Positions 38,482 through 48,143 of a DNA stretch of 64,000 nucleotides are shown here, in pieces (positions within the stretch are counted from its first letter, which is position 1; each line of letters starts with the position of its first letter). The stretch is from a virus (taxonomy: Duplodnaviria > Caudoviricetes). Position numbers and translations under genes: made by a program. Location of the stretch: the IMG/VR virus record IMGVR_UViG_3300028840_001835; one strand, written 5' to 3'. The notes beneath the pieces were generated by a model. The model made no database searches and was not told where the DNA came from. It was given only the letters and a program-made list of their open reading frames with translations.

Positions 38482-40530
38482 TTACTCCACCAAAGGCGGT
38501 TTGGTCTTATATGGATGACCACTGGGTAAATTGTCCACAAGACCCCACTTCCATGCTAGGTACCCTTCAACTTTTTGTATTGTTGCGGTCGATACATCTG
38601 GCACTATTAAAAACTCACCAAATGCGCCATTTGGGTGTCTTATTCCCCCTCTGTTTCTAAATGCCCCAAATGTCTGTGATGTATCTAATGTATCATCATA
38701 TAAAACATCTGGTGTTCTTTTTATTCCATCTATGTTGACATAATATACCTGACTTGTGAAATCCATCACTACAGAAAATGTGGACGGGCCATTAAATGGC
38801 CCACCAGATAACACAACATCATCACCAATATTAGATTGGTTTATTTCTCCATCAAAATCTACTGTGCTGTCCGATGCAAACTGTAAATCGTTTGTAGCAT
38901 CTACACAAAACACCGAATCGTTTGCATTGGCAAGAGAATCAATTACATATATACCAAAGAATGTCATGTTACCATCAGAAGGTAATGTCACATTCCCTTC
39001 TAAGTGTCCATCACCATCACAATCAAATACATTCAAATCATTAATTTCTCTAACCCCTGTATCTGGTCTATCCCCTTCCGTGGCCTGAATCAAAGAATTG
39101 CCCATCCCGCTCTTATCTGCCCAACTACTAACACCACCGGCCGCCGTTGTTATTGTACTTTCATCGGTTGTGTCCCACCATCCCGATGTTACTATTTCTG
39201 ATGGTGTCCAGTTGGCTACATAATCAACTTTTCTCCCACCTACCTTAACATCAAGATCGAGCTGTGGTGTACCCGTCGCAGAGACCTGATCACTAAACTC
39301 GACACAGAGATAAAGGGTCTGACCGGCGATATAAGTTCCGTCATCATCTGGACTGGTCACGTTGACAACAGGGACCTCGACTGAACCCGAGATTGTGGTT
39401 GAGACCGCAGGTAATGTTAATGCTCCAGACCCTTCTGGAGTAACGGGCCCGACCGCCTGCGATGGACCAGCACTTATAAAATTCTGAGGTGTTGCCCATG
39501 CATCATAATATGTCTGTAACCAATTATCACCTTTTGTATCATCAATGATCAGGATCTCATCAAGTTTTATGTTTGCATAATCGGTGAAATTATCCCTAGC
39601 AATACGGCAGGCCTCCTGAAGCCTTAGGGGATAAGAGGTATCCCATGTAACAGTTCCAACAGATGCACCATTTACATACAGTTCTGTTTGATCTATGGTA
39701 CTATTATACCTCATCGCTATGTGATATTCTGTACCGCTGTTGAATGTTTGTGTTTCTATATATTCATTTCCGCCTTCCCCATCATCATTATCAACAACCA
39801 ATATACCTATTTCATCATACTCACTATCTATGAAAAGACTAAAATCACCAGTATCAGTATCGCCAACCGAAGCAAAGATTGGCATATATAAACTAATATC
39901 ATTTGGCTCAACCCAACATGAAAACACAACAACCGCCTCCGATGTATTTGATAGCCCGTTTGTTGCAAAATTAAAATAATCTCCTGAACCATCTAAATTT
40001 TGTCTTACCCTTGATATATTTCCTGTTGCAGTTGTCGCCAAGCTACCATATGAATTTGCATCCGCGCTATTTGGCGATTGATCCGTAAAGGTCGGAGTCG
40101 ACCCAGTTTTATCCATTGGTGACGCATAGAAACAAATACTATATACCCCCTCAGAACCCCCAGAGGTTTCTCTGGAAGGTTGAGAGTCCGTACCAGTGGT
40201 GTTCCACCATATCCAGATCGTTTGATTCGAACCAGTGGTATCAATCTCCGCTGCTATCTCAGCATATGCGGTAGCTGAAGTGCCATCTGAAAAATAATCT
40301 CTTATATGAATGGGAACTAAATTAACACCAGCGGAATCTGTTGTTACGCGGATATCCCCACCATCGGACTGTGCCGATGTACTTGTGGTAAACATATCCG
40401 CTGGAAGATTACTCGTAGCTGGATTACCATCCCACTTTAATTTAAAAATAAGCTCAGCGGGAGTACCCGTGACCTCTGACCCTTGAATCTGTAAAGGAGC
40501 TTTTCTTGTATGTGTAAGACCGCCTGCCAT
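38482..40530 (-). CDS. DUF2341 + LamG + Ig-like + LamG adhesin-like virion protein
   Basis: AQSDGGDIRVT; YHIAMRY...LYVNG; DGTY.AG...VEFSD.V..TGTPQL; WTP...WWD..D..TI...VSSWADKSG. Confidence 0.75.
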   Translation of the reverse strand: MAGGLTHTRKAPLQIQGSEVTGTPAELIFKLKWDGNPATSNLPADMFTTSTSAQSDGGDIRVTTDSAGVNLVPIHIRDYFSDGTSATAYAEIAAEIDTTGSNQTIWIWWNTTGTDSQPSRETSGGSEGVYSICFYASPMDKTGSTPTFTDQSPNSADANSYGSLATTATGNISRVRQNLDGSGDYFNFATNGLSNTSEAVVVFSCWVEPNDISLYMPIFASVGDTDTGDFSLFIDSEYDEIGILVVDNDDGEGGNEYIETQTFNSGTEYHIAMRYNSTIDQTELYVNGASVGTVTWDTSYPLRLQEACRIARDNFTDYANIKLDEILIIDDTKGDNWLQTYYDAWATPQNFISAGPSQAVGPVTPEGSGALTLPAVSTTISGSVEVPVVNVTSPDDDGTYIAGQTLYLCVEFSDQVSATGTPQLDLDVKVGGRKVDYVANWTPSEIVTSGWWDTTDESTITTAAGGVSSWADKSGMGNSLIQATEGDRPDTGVREINDLNVFDCDGDGHLEGNVTLPSDGNMTFFGIYVIDSLANANDSVFCVDATNDLQFASDSTVDFDGEINQSNIGDDVVLSGGPFNGPSTFSVVMDFTSQVYYVNIDGIKRTPDVLYDDTLDTSQTFGAFRNRGGIRHPNGAFGEFLIVPDVSTATIQKVEGYLAWKWGLVDNLPSGHPYKTKPPLVE

Positions 40531-40533
40531 AAA

Positions 40534-40782
40534 TTATTTTGTCCTATATTTTGGAGCTCCGAGTTTTCTACGAATCTCATTTAGCCCACGTTCAGAAAAA
40601 TAAGCAACCCGCATACATTCTAAGAGTGATAATTCATCAACGAATTTTAACTCTGTTGGAAGGGGTTCTTCTTTTGTGTATCCATCAATAGTATCAACAA
40701 TTGTTTGCTCCGTAACTGTGATTGGTTTTATGTCAGTCGCACTTGTTTTTGTGTCAGTCGCACTTGTCTTTAATTCAGGCAT
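40534..40782 (-). CDS. Hypothetical protein with N-terminal TSATD tandem repeat
   Basis: 82 aa, first gene after late promoter 40818. Confidence 0.65.
   Translation of the reverse strand: MPELKTSATDTKTSATDIKPITVTEQTIVDTIDGYTKEEPLPTELKFVDELSLLECMRVAYFSERGLNEIRRKLGAPKYRTK
40731..40767. repeat. 16-bp direct repeat, 21-bp period
   Basis: tgtcagtcgcacttgt at 40731-40746 and 40752-40767. Confidence 0.85.
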
Positions 40783-40817
40783 TAATAATAATTCTCCTTT
40801 TCAATATGCTATATGAA

Positions 40818-40825
40818 TATTTATA
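40818..40825 (-). promoter_or_regulatory. T4-type late promoter TATAAATA
   Basis: Exact match upstream of the adhesin block. Confidence 0.8.
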
Positions 40826-40908
40826 CCTTTTCACCACAAACAGAAAAGGTACCACTTTTCGTGATACCTTTTCCAAATATGAACCGTCGTAGTCTTGGAC
40901 CAGACGGT

Positions 40909-41043
40909 CTAATCTTCTTTTTCCTTATCCTTCTTCGTGACCATTCCGACAGCCTTAACCTTGGTTTCGATCCCCTTTCCAATAACTTTTTTAAACTTTC
41001 TAAACAACGGATCTTTTCTAAGGTCCTTTAAATCTTTAGCCAT
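40909..41043 (-). CDS. Small basic protein, 44 aa
   Basis: Not in track. MAKDLKDLRKDPLFRKFKKVIGKGIETKVKAVGMVTKKDKEKED with SD GAGAGG. Confidence 0.55.
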   Translation of the reverse strand: MAKDLKDLRKDPLFRKFKKVIGKGIETKVKAVGMVTKKDKEKED

Positions 41044-41080
41044 TATATACCTCTCAATTTAAGATTTAAAAAGCTACCGA

Positions 41081-41476
41081 TTAACCAGCACTCGTTACGG
41101 GTACCGTCACCGTCACTGATGTGATAGAGACCGCGTCACCCACTGTGATGGAAGTCGTGTTGAACTCCAAATCGAAACTGGAATCTGTTCCCACCGTTCC
41201 AGAAAGGATCGGGTTAGCAGACGAGTCCTCGAACCTGAAAGCGGCTGCAGTGCCTGTTGCAAGAGCACTGGTCTCGTTTGTCAGGGGAGTTGCAGCTGTG
41301 ATCGTTCCGTTTGAAGGTGCGCCAAATGACGGATCTTGGAAATCGATCTTTGCCAACAGGGTTCCAAAATTAGCTGTGTAAATCTTGATGGCCCCTGAAG
41401 ACTGCTCAGCGTCAACCAAGTTACCTATGGCAGAAGCAAGATAATTTCTTGTGTCAGTGTAAAGTCCTACAGCCAT
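41081..41476 (-). CDS. Small virion structural protein
   Basis: IKIYT...LLAK...DPSFG...G...ATGTA..FR..DS...GTVG...N.TSI..G..V.ITS pattern common in phage morphogenesis regions. Confidence 0.65.
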   Translation of the reverse strand: MAVGLYTDTRNYLASAIGNLVDAEQSSGAIKIYTANFGTLLAKIDFQDPSFGAPSNGTITAATPLTNETSALATGTAAAFRFEDSSANPILSGTVGTDSSFDLEFNTTSITVGDAVSITSVTVTVPVTSAG

Positions 41477-41515
41477 TGTATTTCTCTCCTTTTAAAATGT
41501 TCAAATACTTTCTTA

Positions 41516-41523
41516 TATTTATA
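41516..41523 (-). promoter_or_regulatory. T4-type late promoter TATAAATA
   Basis: Exact match. Confidence 0.8.
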
Positions 41524-41526
41524 ATC

Positions 41527-42282
41527 TTACTCGATGAAAAATATCGGTTCTTCAGATTCCCCGGATATTCTTTCCATCAACCTCTCTTTGTCCTCACGAC
41601 CCTCTGCCAGAATTTCCGACCAATTGATCGTTCCTCCAGACGGTAAAGTCATATTATACTTTCTGAGATTCTGGCCCCATTGTATCTTTGCCTCTGCCAC
41701 GGATAGGGCTTTCACCATCTCATTATTATATAAATTCTCCGCGGTTTCTCTCGAAAAACACTCCACGAGTAATATACCTGTCGCGGTAGGTGTCGGAGTG
41801 ATTAGTATCTCCCGTCTAGCACTGGAATACTGCGCGTGATAGACACGATTGAAGAAATCTTTAATATCCTCTAGGTATTGAATTGCGACCTCATACCCTG
41901 CGAGAGCCATCCCAGAATCAAGATAAGCTCCGCCCGCTGGACCGCCCGGATATCCGCCATGTATCACCCAATCCTCATAGAGTAATGAGTGCGTAGATGA
42001 GAAAAGGACATTTATTCCATTTTCTCCAAAAGTAAGCGATGTATCTATTGTGGCCTCTATATTACGATCCGCAACATCATAGGCAGAGACTCCATTTGTT
42101 ATTGAGAGTCCAAAATAATTCCTATAATTTCCCTCCCCCGTATGATGAGTTTGGAAATATTGAACAGAATCCTCTATAGCCTGATCAAGCTGTCCTTGAG
42201 AAAGTTCAATTTGAATAACAGGCGATCCCAATTTGGTGAGAACGTATGTCTCCATACCTGCGAGTGTGGTTATTCTAGCCAT
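41527..42282 (-). CDS. gp13: Neck protein gp13
   Basis: LTKLGSPVIQIELS..QLDQAIED...AEAKIQWGQNLRKY..TLPSGGTINW. Confidence 0.92.
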   Translation of the reverse strand: MARITTLAGMETYVLTKLGSPVIQIELSQGQLDQAIEDSVQYFQTHHTGEGNYRNYFGLSITNGVSAYDVADRNIEATIDTSLTFGENGINVLFSSTHSLLYEDWVIHGGYPGGPAGGAYLDSGMALAGYEVAIQYLEDIKDFFNRVYHAQYSSARREILITPTPTATGILLVECFSRETAENLYNNEMVKALSVAEAKIQWGQNLRKYNMTLPSGGTINWSEILAEGREDKERLMERISGESEEPIFFIE

Positions 42283-42284
42283 TA

Positions 42285-42581
42285 TTATTTGTTACCGAAG
42301 AAGGGTGAGAAGAATCCTTTTTTAGGCTTCTCATTATTTTCTTCAACCAATGTTTCCTTTTTTGGATTTTCATAGGGATCGATCTCTGTGAGCATTTCCC
42401 TTTTAGGTGTCTCATTTTCTTTGACAGCTTTCTTCTTATCCTGAACAATTACTCCCTGGGGAAGAACATATTTACAACCTTCACTAATCTCCATTGAGCT
42501 TAGTCCTTTAAGATCAATCGAAACGCCGTCAACGATCACAGAAACTGTTGCATTTGTAGTATTGACAATTTTCATCTCCAA
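42285..42581 (-). CDS. Hypothetical protein
   Basis: 98 aa after late promoter 42612. Confidence 0.65.
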   Translation of the reverse strand: MEMKIVNTTNATVSVIVDGVSIDLKGLSSMEISEGCKYVLPQGVIVQDKKKAVKENETPKREMLTEIDPYENPKKETLVEENNEKPKKGFFSPFFGNK

Positions 42582-42611
42582 AACTCCTTTACTGATTGTG
42601 GTATCTACTAA

Positions 42612-42619
42612 TATTTATA
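42612..42619 (-). promoter_or_regulatory. T4-type late promoter TATAAATA
   Basis: Exact match. Confidence 0.8.
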
Positions 42620-42634
42620 ATCGAGGGAACAAAT

Positions 42635-42664
42635 AAAAAAGGCGCTCCGTAAAGAGCGCCTTTT
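42635..42664 (-). terminator. Rho-independent terminator after the major capsid gene
   Basis: GGCGCTC-6nt-GAGCGCC followed by T6 on the minus strand. Confidence 0.85.
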
Positions 42665-42685
42665 GAATAATCACCAATGTTAGAA

Positions 42686-43927
42686 TTAAATCAGGTTGGT
42701 CAAACCAGCAACGGCGAACTTCGTGTAATAACGAGATGCACCAAGCAAATTGCTAGTTATGGCATACCTAGACATAACCCCGATTCTTGGAGTGAAATCT
42801 TCCTGAGCCATAGCCCTGTTGAACAGACCGGTTACATAAGGCGAGAAGATAATACCGGCATCGGCAGTACCAGGACCCTTATATCCAACCAGAACGTTGT
42901 TATCAGTGTTATAGGTGTCACGGAAGACCCTAATTGTTCCGTTCAGTGTTCCAATCTCAGCGAATGTGTTTGAAGGATTCACATTGGCTTTGTTGGCAGT
43001 GAACAAACCATTGTTAGACAGTGCCTGCAGAGCAGTTGCAACCCTTGTTGAAACAACAACAAAGTTACCAACATCACGCCTCGTTCTGGTTCCAATGTTA
43101 TTGGACTCGAGGATTATCTTGTTGGCGAGGTTAGCGAAATGCTCCTGGGTCCAACGACCGCTTGATGCAGAGGCAGTGTAGGTACCTGCGTCAGACGCAG
43201 CGTCCTTCATGGCCTTCAACAGTTCCCTGTCGAGCTCAGCCTGAACCTCATACTGGAGAACATTCACCATCTCTCTCTCAATGTCCACACCGTGCATCGC
43301 TTTGATGTCCTGAGCGGATTCGAGTGAGAAACTAGCAGCCAGTTTCCTGGTCTTTGCTGTGATAGCAGTCTGATCAATCTTGAGTCCGAGTTCCGGAGTC
43401 TTAATCAGAGATGTATCGGTGTTGTTTCTTACAATGTTCCATGCTTCAGCGGCTGAAGTGTCAACGCCTGTTCCAGCATCAGCTGTACCAGATGTACCAC
43501 CAGCAGAAGTAGCATCGGAGCCAGTGTATCCAGAATACTGAGGCACAACATCAAATGCAGCTTCTTCACTATTTCCATCGTCCGCATAAATGAAGCGGAG
43601 AGCATAGGCGAGCCCAACGGGACCCGTCATGGCCTGCACGCCCACAACTTGGTTGGCGAACAAAGCAGGAAATGTGCGTCTTACCAGAGCCAGAGAGATC
43701 GGCGAAAAAGCACCGTCCTGCCCAGCGTGAGTCTGAGAAGCCACAGAAGTTGTGATAGCCTTACTACCTTCAAAAAGTTCTTCCTGAAGGTCAGCAGTCT
43801 TTTGGTTTTCTAACAAAATGGCCATGTTTTCTTTTACATAGTCATCAGAAATGTCGCCGACTGACATCCTTCCGATGTCTTCCCTGCTCCAATCTTCGAC
43901 CAGCTTTCTAACATAATCTTTTTCCAT
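42686..43927 (-). CDS. gp23: Major capsid protein gp23
   Basis: MAILLENQ, LVRRTFPAL.A..VVGVQAMTGPVGLAYALR, AQDIKAMHG.D.E, QAELDRE, YKG...DAGIIFSPY, IGVMSRY; start refined to MEKDY (SD AGGAG). Confidence 0.98.
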   Translation of the reverse strand: MEKDYVRKLVEDWSREDIGRMSVGDISDDYVKENMAILLENQKTADLQEELFEGSKAITTSVASQTHAGQDGAFSPISLALVRRTFPALFANQVVGVQAMTGPVGLAYALRFIYADDGNSEEAAFDVVPQYSGYTGSDATSAGGTSGTADAGTGVDTSAAEAWNIVRNNTDTSLIKTPELGLKIDQTAITAKTRKLAASFSLESAQDIKAMHGVDIEREMVNVLQYEVQAELDRELLKAMKDAASDAGTYTASASSGRWTQEHFANLANKIILESNNIGTRTRRDVGNFVVVSTRVATALQALSNNGLFTANKANVNPSNTFAEIGTLNGTIRVFRDTYNTDNNVLVGYKGPGTADAGIIFSPYVTGLFNRAMAQEDFTPRIGVMSRYAITSNLLGASRYYTKFAVAGLTNLI

Positions 43928-43974
43928 TTTATTATCTCCTTGTTGCAAAAAATCAAACCTAAATCAGTTAAAAA

Positions 43975-43982
43975 TATTTATA
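43975..43982 (-). promoter_or_regulatory. T4-type late promoter TATAAATA
   Basis: Exact match upstream of gp23. Confidence 0.85.
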
Positions 43983-43987
43983 AAGGT

Positions 43988-44830
43988 TTACAATAATTTA
44001 TTGGCCGAGCTCAAAAAGTCGGCGTAAGGTCCTGCCTTCTCCTTCTTTTCTTCCTCTTCCTGTTCCTTTTTCTCTTCCTCATTGAGATCGTCCTTGTCAG
44101 AATCGTCAATTCCATCCTCATCAGAGAAATTCTTTTCTTTGTCCTTTTCCTCTTCCTCGTTCAGTTCTTCACCTTTATCTTCGGTGTCATCCTCAACGAT
44201 GGCTACAAATCTGTCGATCTTTTCCTGGACATCCTCAAAAGTCTTGCCTTCGCAAAAAGCGGAAACACGATCCTTCTGGGTCTCGGTCAAATCAACGGTC
44301 TTGTCGGAAATAAGGAGCTTAATAGCTGCGCCCTCAGCGAGCTTTGCAAGTTCGATCTTCTCAGCCATAAGATCAGAATTCTGATCCTTGAGCTGCTGAA
44401 TCTCTTCCTTACTATCTGCAATAGCCTTTTCACCATCAGAGTCCAGTTCCACATACTTTTCTTCGAAAAGCTGCTTGATACCGTCCACGAGGGGCTTCAG
44501 TGATTCATTGATTGCGATCTTCTTGAGAGTTTCCTCGGAAATCTGCTCGGAGATTTCGACCTCTAGGAACTTGTCAAGTCTCTCGACCATCGTGTCCTCG
44601 AGTTCATCCATCTTCTTATCGTACTCAGCGATAAGTGCTTCCTTTTCCTTGTCAACCCCTTCAGCGATCTTCATCTGGCAAAATTCCTCAGCCTTCTCAT
44701 CGAGCTCCTTGGTCTTTTCCTCGACTCTCAATGCGACCTCGTCATCCACCATCTTCTGAATGCCTTCCTCAATTGTTTTTAAATCTTCAGGCGAAAGAAC
44801 TTCCTTAAGTTTTTCAGTAATCTTACTCAT
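43988..44830 (-). CDS. gp22: Prohead core scaffold gp22
   Basis: Acidic coiled coil, MVERLDKFLE, position between gp21 and gp23, repeated LxE motifs. Confidence 0.88.
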   Translation of the reverse strand: MSKITEKLKEVLSPEDLKTIEEGIQKMVDDEVALRVEEKTKELDEKAEEFCQMKIAEGVDKEKEALIAEYDKKMDELEDTMVERLDKFLEVEISEQISEETLKKIAINESLKPLVDGIKQLFEEKYVELDSDGEKAIADSKEEIQQLKDQNSDLMAEKIELAKLAEGAAIKLLISDKTVDLTETQKDRVSAFCEGKTFEDVQEKIDRFVAIVEDDTEDKGEELNEEEEKDKEKNFSDEDGIDDSDKDDLNEEEKKEQEEEEKKEKAGPYADFLSSANKLL

Positions 44831-44884
44831 TTATCGTTCCTCCTAAAAGTTTAAAACCATATTCAAGTGATATATGATTAAAAT

Positions 44885-44892
44885 TATTTATA
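44885..44892 (-). promoter_or_regulatory. T4-type late promoter TATAAATA
   Basis: Exact match upstream of gp22. Confidence 0.8.
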
Positions 44893-44897
44893 AATCC

Positions 44898-44937
44898 AAA
44901 AAACAAAAAATGCTTGGTTTTGGGTCAACCAAGCATT
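44898..44937 (-). terminator. Rho-independent terminator after the prohead protease gene
   Basis: AATGCTTGGTT-7nt-AACCAAGCATT followed by T-runs on the minus strand. Confidence 0.75.
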
Positions 44938-44964
44938 CTTTGCTACTAATATATGTATGGGTTA

Positions 44965-45621
44965 TTATTTTCTACGTCCAGCCCAGCCGACCTTGATGTT
45001 ATCAAGAAAATCACTAAATGCTGCCGCGATCTCTCTGGAACCGTTTTTCTTCACGTTATTCTCCAAAGTATCGACTGCCTTCTCCACGATTCTGTTGTTA
45101 TTTATGATGAACTCTTTGTTCTCCAAGATACCATCAACAAAAGCATCCGGGGCCGATGGGTCAGCAACTATATCAACTGTTATAAGTTTGAAATCATCAT
45201 TCACCTTCGGACCATTAAGAGAACCTACACCCCTTGTCGATACACCGAGTTTTGTTCCGGCCTCGAGTAATGTATGTGCGATTCGTCCCTTTGGCGTATC
45301 CAGAATCTTTGCGACACCAATCCCGTTGTTTCCTTCCATAGAAAGAGATTCAATAAGATGGGACACACGTTCCAGATTTACTGTTGGTGACGGAGGATGG
45401 TCAAGTTCACCAAATGACCTTTTCTCTTTAATCTTTTCTTTGTTGAAACATTCAACCTCTCTCATAAGGAGGTTCTTCTCGTAAATTCGACCATTTCTAT
45501 TCTTGACCTCTGCTTGAAGAAAAGGACCTTTAATCCGAAAAGCCTTAGCTTTTCCATTATCATCCTGTTCACATACAATGTCAAGGTCTTGATGTTCGAT
45601 ATATTCCGTAATAAGTAGCAT
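44965..45621 (-). CDS. gp21: Prohead protease gp21
   Basis: KGPFLQAEVKNRNGRIY, GELDHP, VSHLI, TPKG, LGVSTRGVGS, DIVADPSAPDA. Confidence 0.96.
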   Translation of the reverse strand: MLLITEYIEHQDLDIVCEQDDNGKAKAFRIKGPFLQAEVKNRNGRIYEKNLLMREVECFNKEKIKEKRSFGELDHPPSPTVNLERVSHLIESLSMEGNNGIGVAKILDTPKGRIAHTLLEAGTKLGVSTRGVGSLNGPKVNDDFKLITVDIVADPSAPDAFVDGILENKEFIINNNRIVEKAVDTLENNVKKNGSREIAAAFSDFLDNIKVGWAGRRK

Positions 45622-45623
45622 TG

Positions 45624-45794
45624 TTACACCCCTGATCTTACTTTGTCGATAAACTCCTTCTTACTGTCAATGATTTTATTATGTATCTTTTTGGCAACAA
45701 CAGACTCCACATCGTCTTTTAACGAGGAAAAGTCCTTGTCATGCAACTTGCCCAATAAAGTACCATCATTAACTTTCTTCTCATCATTTTCCAT
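45624..45794 (-). CDS. Small prohead core protein (gp67/gp68 position)
   Basis: Not in track. MENDEKKVNDGTLLGKLHDKDFSSLKDDVESVVAKKIHNKIIDSKKEFIDKVRSGV, between portal and protease. Confidence 0.65.
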   Translation of the reverse strand: MENDEKKVNDGTLLGKLHDKDFSSLKDDVESVVAKKIHNKIIDSKKEFIDKVRSGV

Positions 45795-45825
45795 AATATG
45801 AACTCCTTTTAATGTACTTTAAATG

Positions 45826-45833
45826 TATTTATA
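45826..45833 (-). promoter_or_regulatory. T4-type late promoter TATAAATA
   Basis: Exact match; contains the portal stop. Confidence 0.8.
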
Positions 45834-47574
45834 ATACCTTCTTGGTTTTTCTGGGCCTCTTTAGGAAATCCTTGACCAATTTACTATTTTTATGATATGA
45901 CCTATCGCCAGGCATTTCTAATGACTCCTCTTCCTCTTCGGGTTCTCTTGGAGCTTCCTCCGGAGGTGGTTTTTCAGGACCCTCTGGTTTCTTTTCTGGA
46001 GATCCTCCCTCCTCATCACCTTCGTCTCCTTCATCACCTTCCTCATCCTCATCGGATGGCATATCCTCAATCGCCTTCTTTTCCTTCTTCAGCAATCTTT
46101 GATTCTTTGCCCACTCCTCATCAGACATCATAAAGTAATCACGTAACACCAGTTCTCTTGCAAGAGGATTATTAGGCTCGTCCTCGTTGATGGCATATGT
46201 AATGGCCGTTCCGAGTATATTCAATCTGGATTCAAGTAACTCTAAGTCCTTGATCTCCTTAAAGAAGTTCGCCTGTGTAAAATACACATCAAAGAAATTT
46301 GAATTGATATATTTCTTAATCTTGGCATCTTTTCCAAACTTGAATTTTAATTGCTCCATGAATGTATCTTTTATGAGCTTTCTAAATCGTTTCTGTAATC
46401 TTATAATGAATAGACTAAATTTCAATTCATCTCTATCCATCTCTCGCCCAGACTGATAAGACTGTTGCCCGAGCTGTGGATCCCATCTGGTCTTTGGTAT
46501 CTTCAATGTCTTATACATCTTGCCCTGAAAATAACGGACGTCCTCGAGTTCACCAAGATTCATTCCGCTCTGTAATGTTTCGACATTCGTTCCAGAACCT
46601 TCTCGTCTTGCAAACCAGAAGTCTTCAGATAATGATTGAACATTTCTTGAACTGTCTATAGCGCCCGTTGCGGGATTATAATTAAGCTGTCTCTTATATT
46701 TGTGTATAATCTTCCTGATGTATTCCTCTGCTTTATGAGAAGGCATTCTTCCGACCTCGATGTTCCATACCCTTCTCTCCGGGGCACGGACAAGTCTATA
46801 TACAACAAGCGAATCTTCCAGATTCTTTAACTGGTTGTATGTTCTTATAGAGGTCTCTAAATAACCACGAATATCAAGTAGATTTCTTCCATACTTACCA
46901 TAATGAACATATACAACCTGATTAGACTCAAATGCCTTGAGATCATCTTTTCCAGTTCGTTCATCATATACATTCTGTAAAAATCCCTTGATAGACCCAG
47001 TAGGATTATATACAGGATATGTGGTGAACGCAGGAAGTACCTTGTATCCAATCACGTTCTTTCGTTTCTTATCAAGTATTAGCTCCACATAAAGCTCACC
47101 CTCAATTAGCCATTTCAAAAACAGGTCATATAAATTCTCATTCACATCAAATACATCTTTGGAAACATACTCAAATTCTTTGGTGAATAATTTTTCAACC
47201 CTTTTTGGTAGCTCCTTCTTAATGTTTAGATGAATAATGTTACCCTCTGAATCCTCGACTATACTCTCATCAGAGATTATATCTAACCCCTCAGAAATCT
47301 CTGGGTAATAAGACATTTCCCTATACTTAGCGATTCTCTGTCGCTTGTCAATGAAAATTTGATTGAAGTTTATACCCGTGTTAGTGTAATCGCCATAGGC
47401 ATAACCGGGTATATTATACTTGGTATGTGGTGAAAAGAAGTCATACTCGATCTCAGACATACCCTGAGAATTGCTCTCAATCTGTCGCTGGATCTCCTGG
47501 TTGATCAGATCATTTTGTCTGAACGCCTTTGAGAACGGGTTAACAAACTTTAGATTATCCAAAAAACTCGCCAT
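45829..47574 (-). CDS. gp20: Portal protein gp20
   Basis: YREMSYYPEI, LEDSLVVYRLVRAPERRVWNIEVG, EDFWFARREG..GT.VETL, DELKFS.FI.RLQ.RF; acidic C-terminal tail. Confidence 0.97.
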   Translation of the reverse strand: MASFLDNLKFVNPFSKAFRQNDLINQEIQRQIESNSQGMSEIEYDFFSPHTKYNIPGYAYGDYTNTGINFNQIFIDKRQRIAKYREMSYYPEISEGLDIISDESIVEDSEGNIIHLNIKKELPKRVEKLFTKEFEYVSKDVFDVNENLYDLFLKWLIEGELYVELILDKKRKNVIGYKVLPAFTTYPVYNPTGSIKGFLQNVYDERTGKDDLKAFESNQVVYVHYGKYGRNLLDIRGYLETSIRTYNQLKNLEDSLVVYRLVRAPERRVWNIEVGRMPSHKAEEYIRKIIHKYKRQLNYNPATGAIDSSRNVQSLSEDFWFARREGSGTNVETLQSGMNLGELEDVRYFQGKMYKTLKIPKTRWDPQLGQQSYQSGREMDRDELKFSLFIIRLQKRFRKLIKDTFMEQLKFKFGKDAKIKKYINSNFFDVYFTQANFFKEIKDLELLESRLNILGTAITYAINEDEPNNPLARELVLRDYFMMSDEEWAKNQRLLKKEKKAIEDMPSDEDEEGDEGDEGDEEGGSPEKKPEGPEKPPPEEAPREPEEEEESLEMPGDRSYHKNSKLVKDFLKRPRKTKKVL

Positions 47575-47601
47575 CTATAAACCTCTTGTTATGTACACTA
47601 A

Positions 47602-47609
47602 TATTTATA
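47602..47609 (-). promoter_or_regulatory. T4-type late promoter TATAAATA
   Basis: Exact match upstream of the portal gene. Confidence 0.8.
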
Positions 47610-48143
47610 TTAATCCCTCGGAACCGTTATAAAGTTCTTCTCCACGATTCCGATGTTTATTCCGTAATATGTTCTCGCATAAAATTTCAATGTCTCCTCG
47701 ACAGCGGTGTTTGGAATTCTTCTCATGGCAAAAATTCTATTCATCCTATAATGTCGGGTACACGCATTCGCTGCTTTCTTATAAAGAAAATGCAACCTCT
47801 GATATCTAATAAGTCTTAATAACCTCTTGTCCTCATTTATCTGCTCCTTTGATACCTCCATCACACGATCCAACCAAAACTGTCTTGCGGCTATTGGAAG
47901 ATGGTGAAAATTTAGACCTCGGATCATGTCGTTATCTCCCTTGTCCTTATACTTATCATAGGAGAACACAAAAGGCATGAGATCATAAAACTTAATCTTC
48001 TCATATGGAAGCGTCCTATCTATCTTATATGTAAACGCATAAAAGTAACCAGGACGCATAATCCTGGTTCTTGGAAATTGCTTTAGATGTTCGATATATC
48101 TCTGTAGAACACCATATGTTGCTCTGTCAGGTTTTGCTGGCAT
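47610..48143 (-). CDS. gp2: DNA end protector protein gp2-like
   Basis: PG.FY.F.Y....LPY...YD.MP.V.....GLNFHHLP...R..WL. Confidence 0.75.
   Translation of the reverse strand: MPAKPDRATYGVLQRYIEHLKQFPRTRIMRPGYFYAFTYKIDRTLPYEKIKFYDLMPFVFSYDKYKDKGDNDMIRGLNFHHLPIAARQFWLDRVMEVSKEQINEDKRLLRLIRYQRLHFLYKKAANACTRHYRMNRIFAMRRIPNTAVEETLKFYARTYYGINIGIVEKNFITVPRD

Noticed and set aside
40813-41031. Plus-strand 72-aa ORF in the track
   Set aside because: A minus-strand 44-aa ORF with a good SD fits the operon better, and the plus ORF overlaps a late promoter
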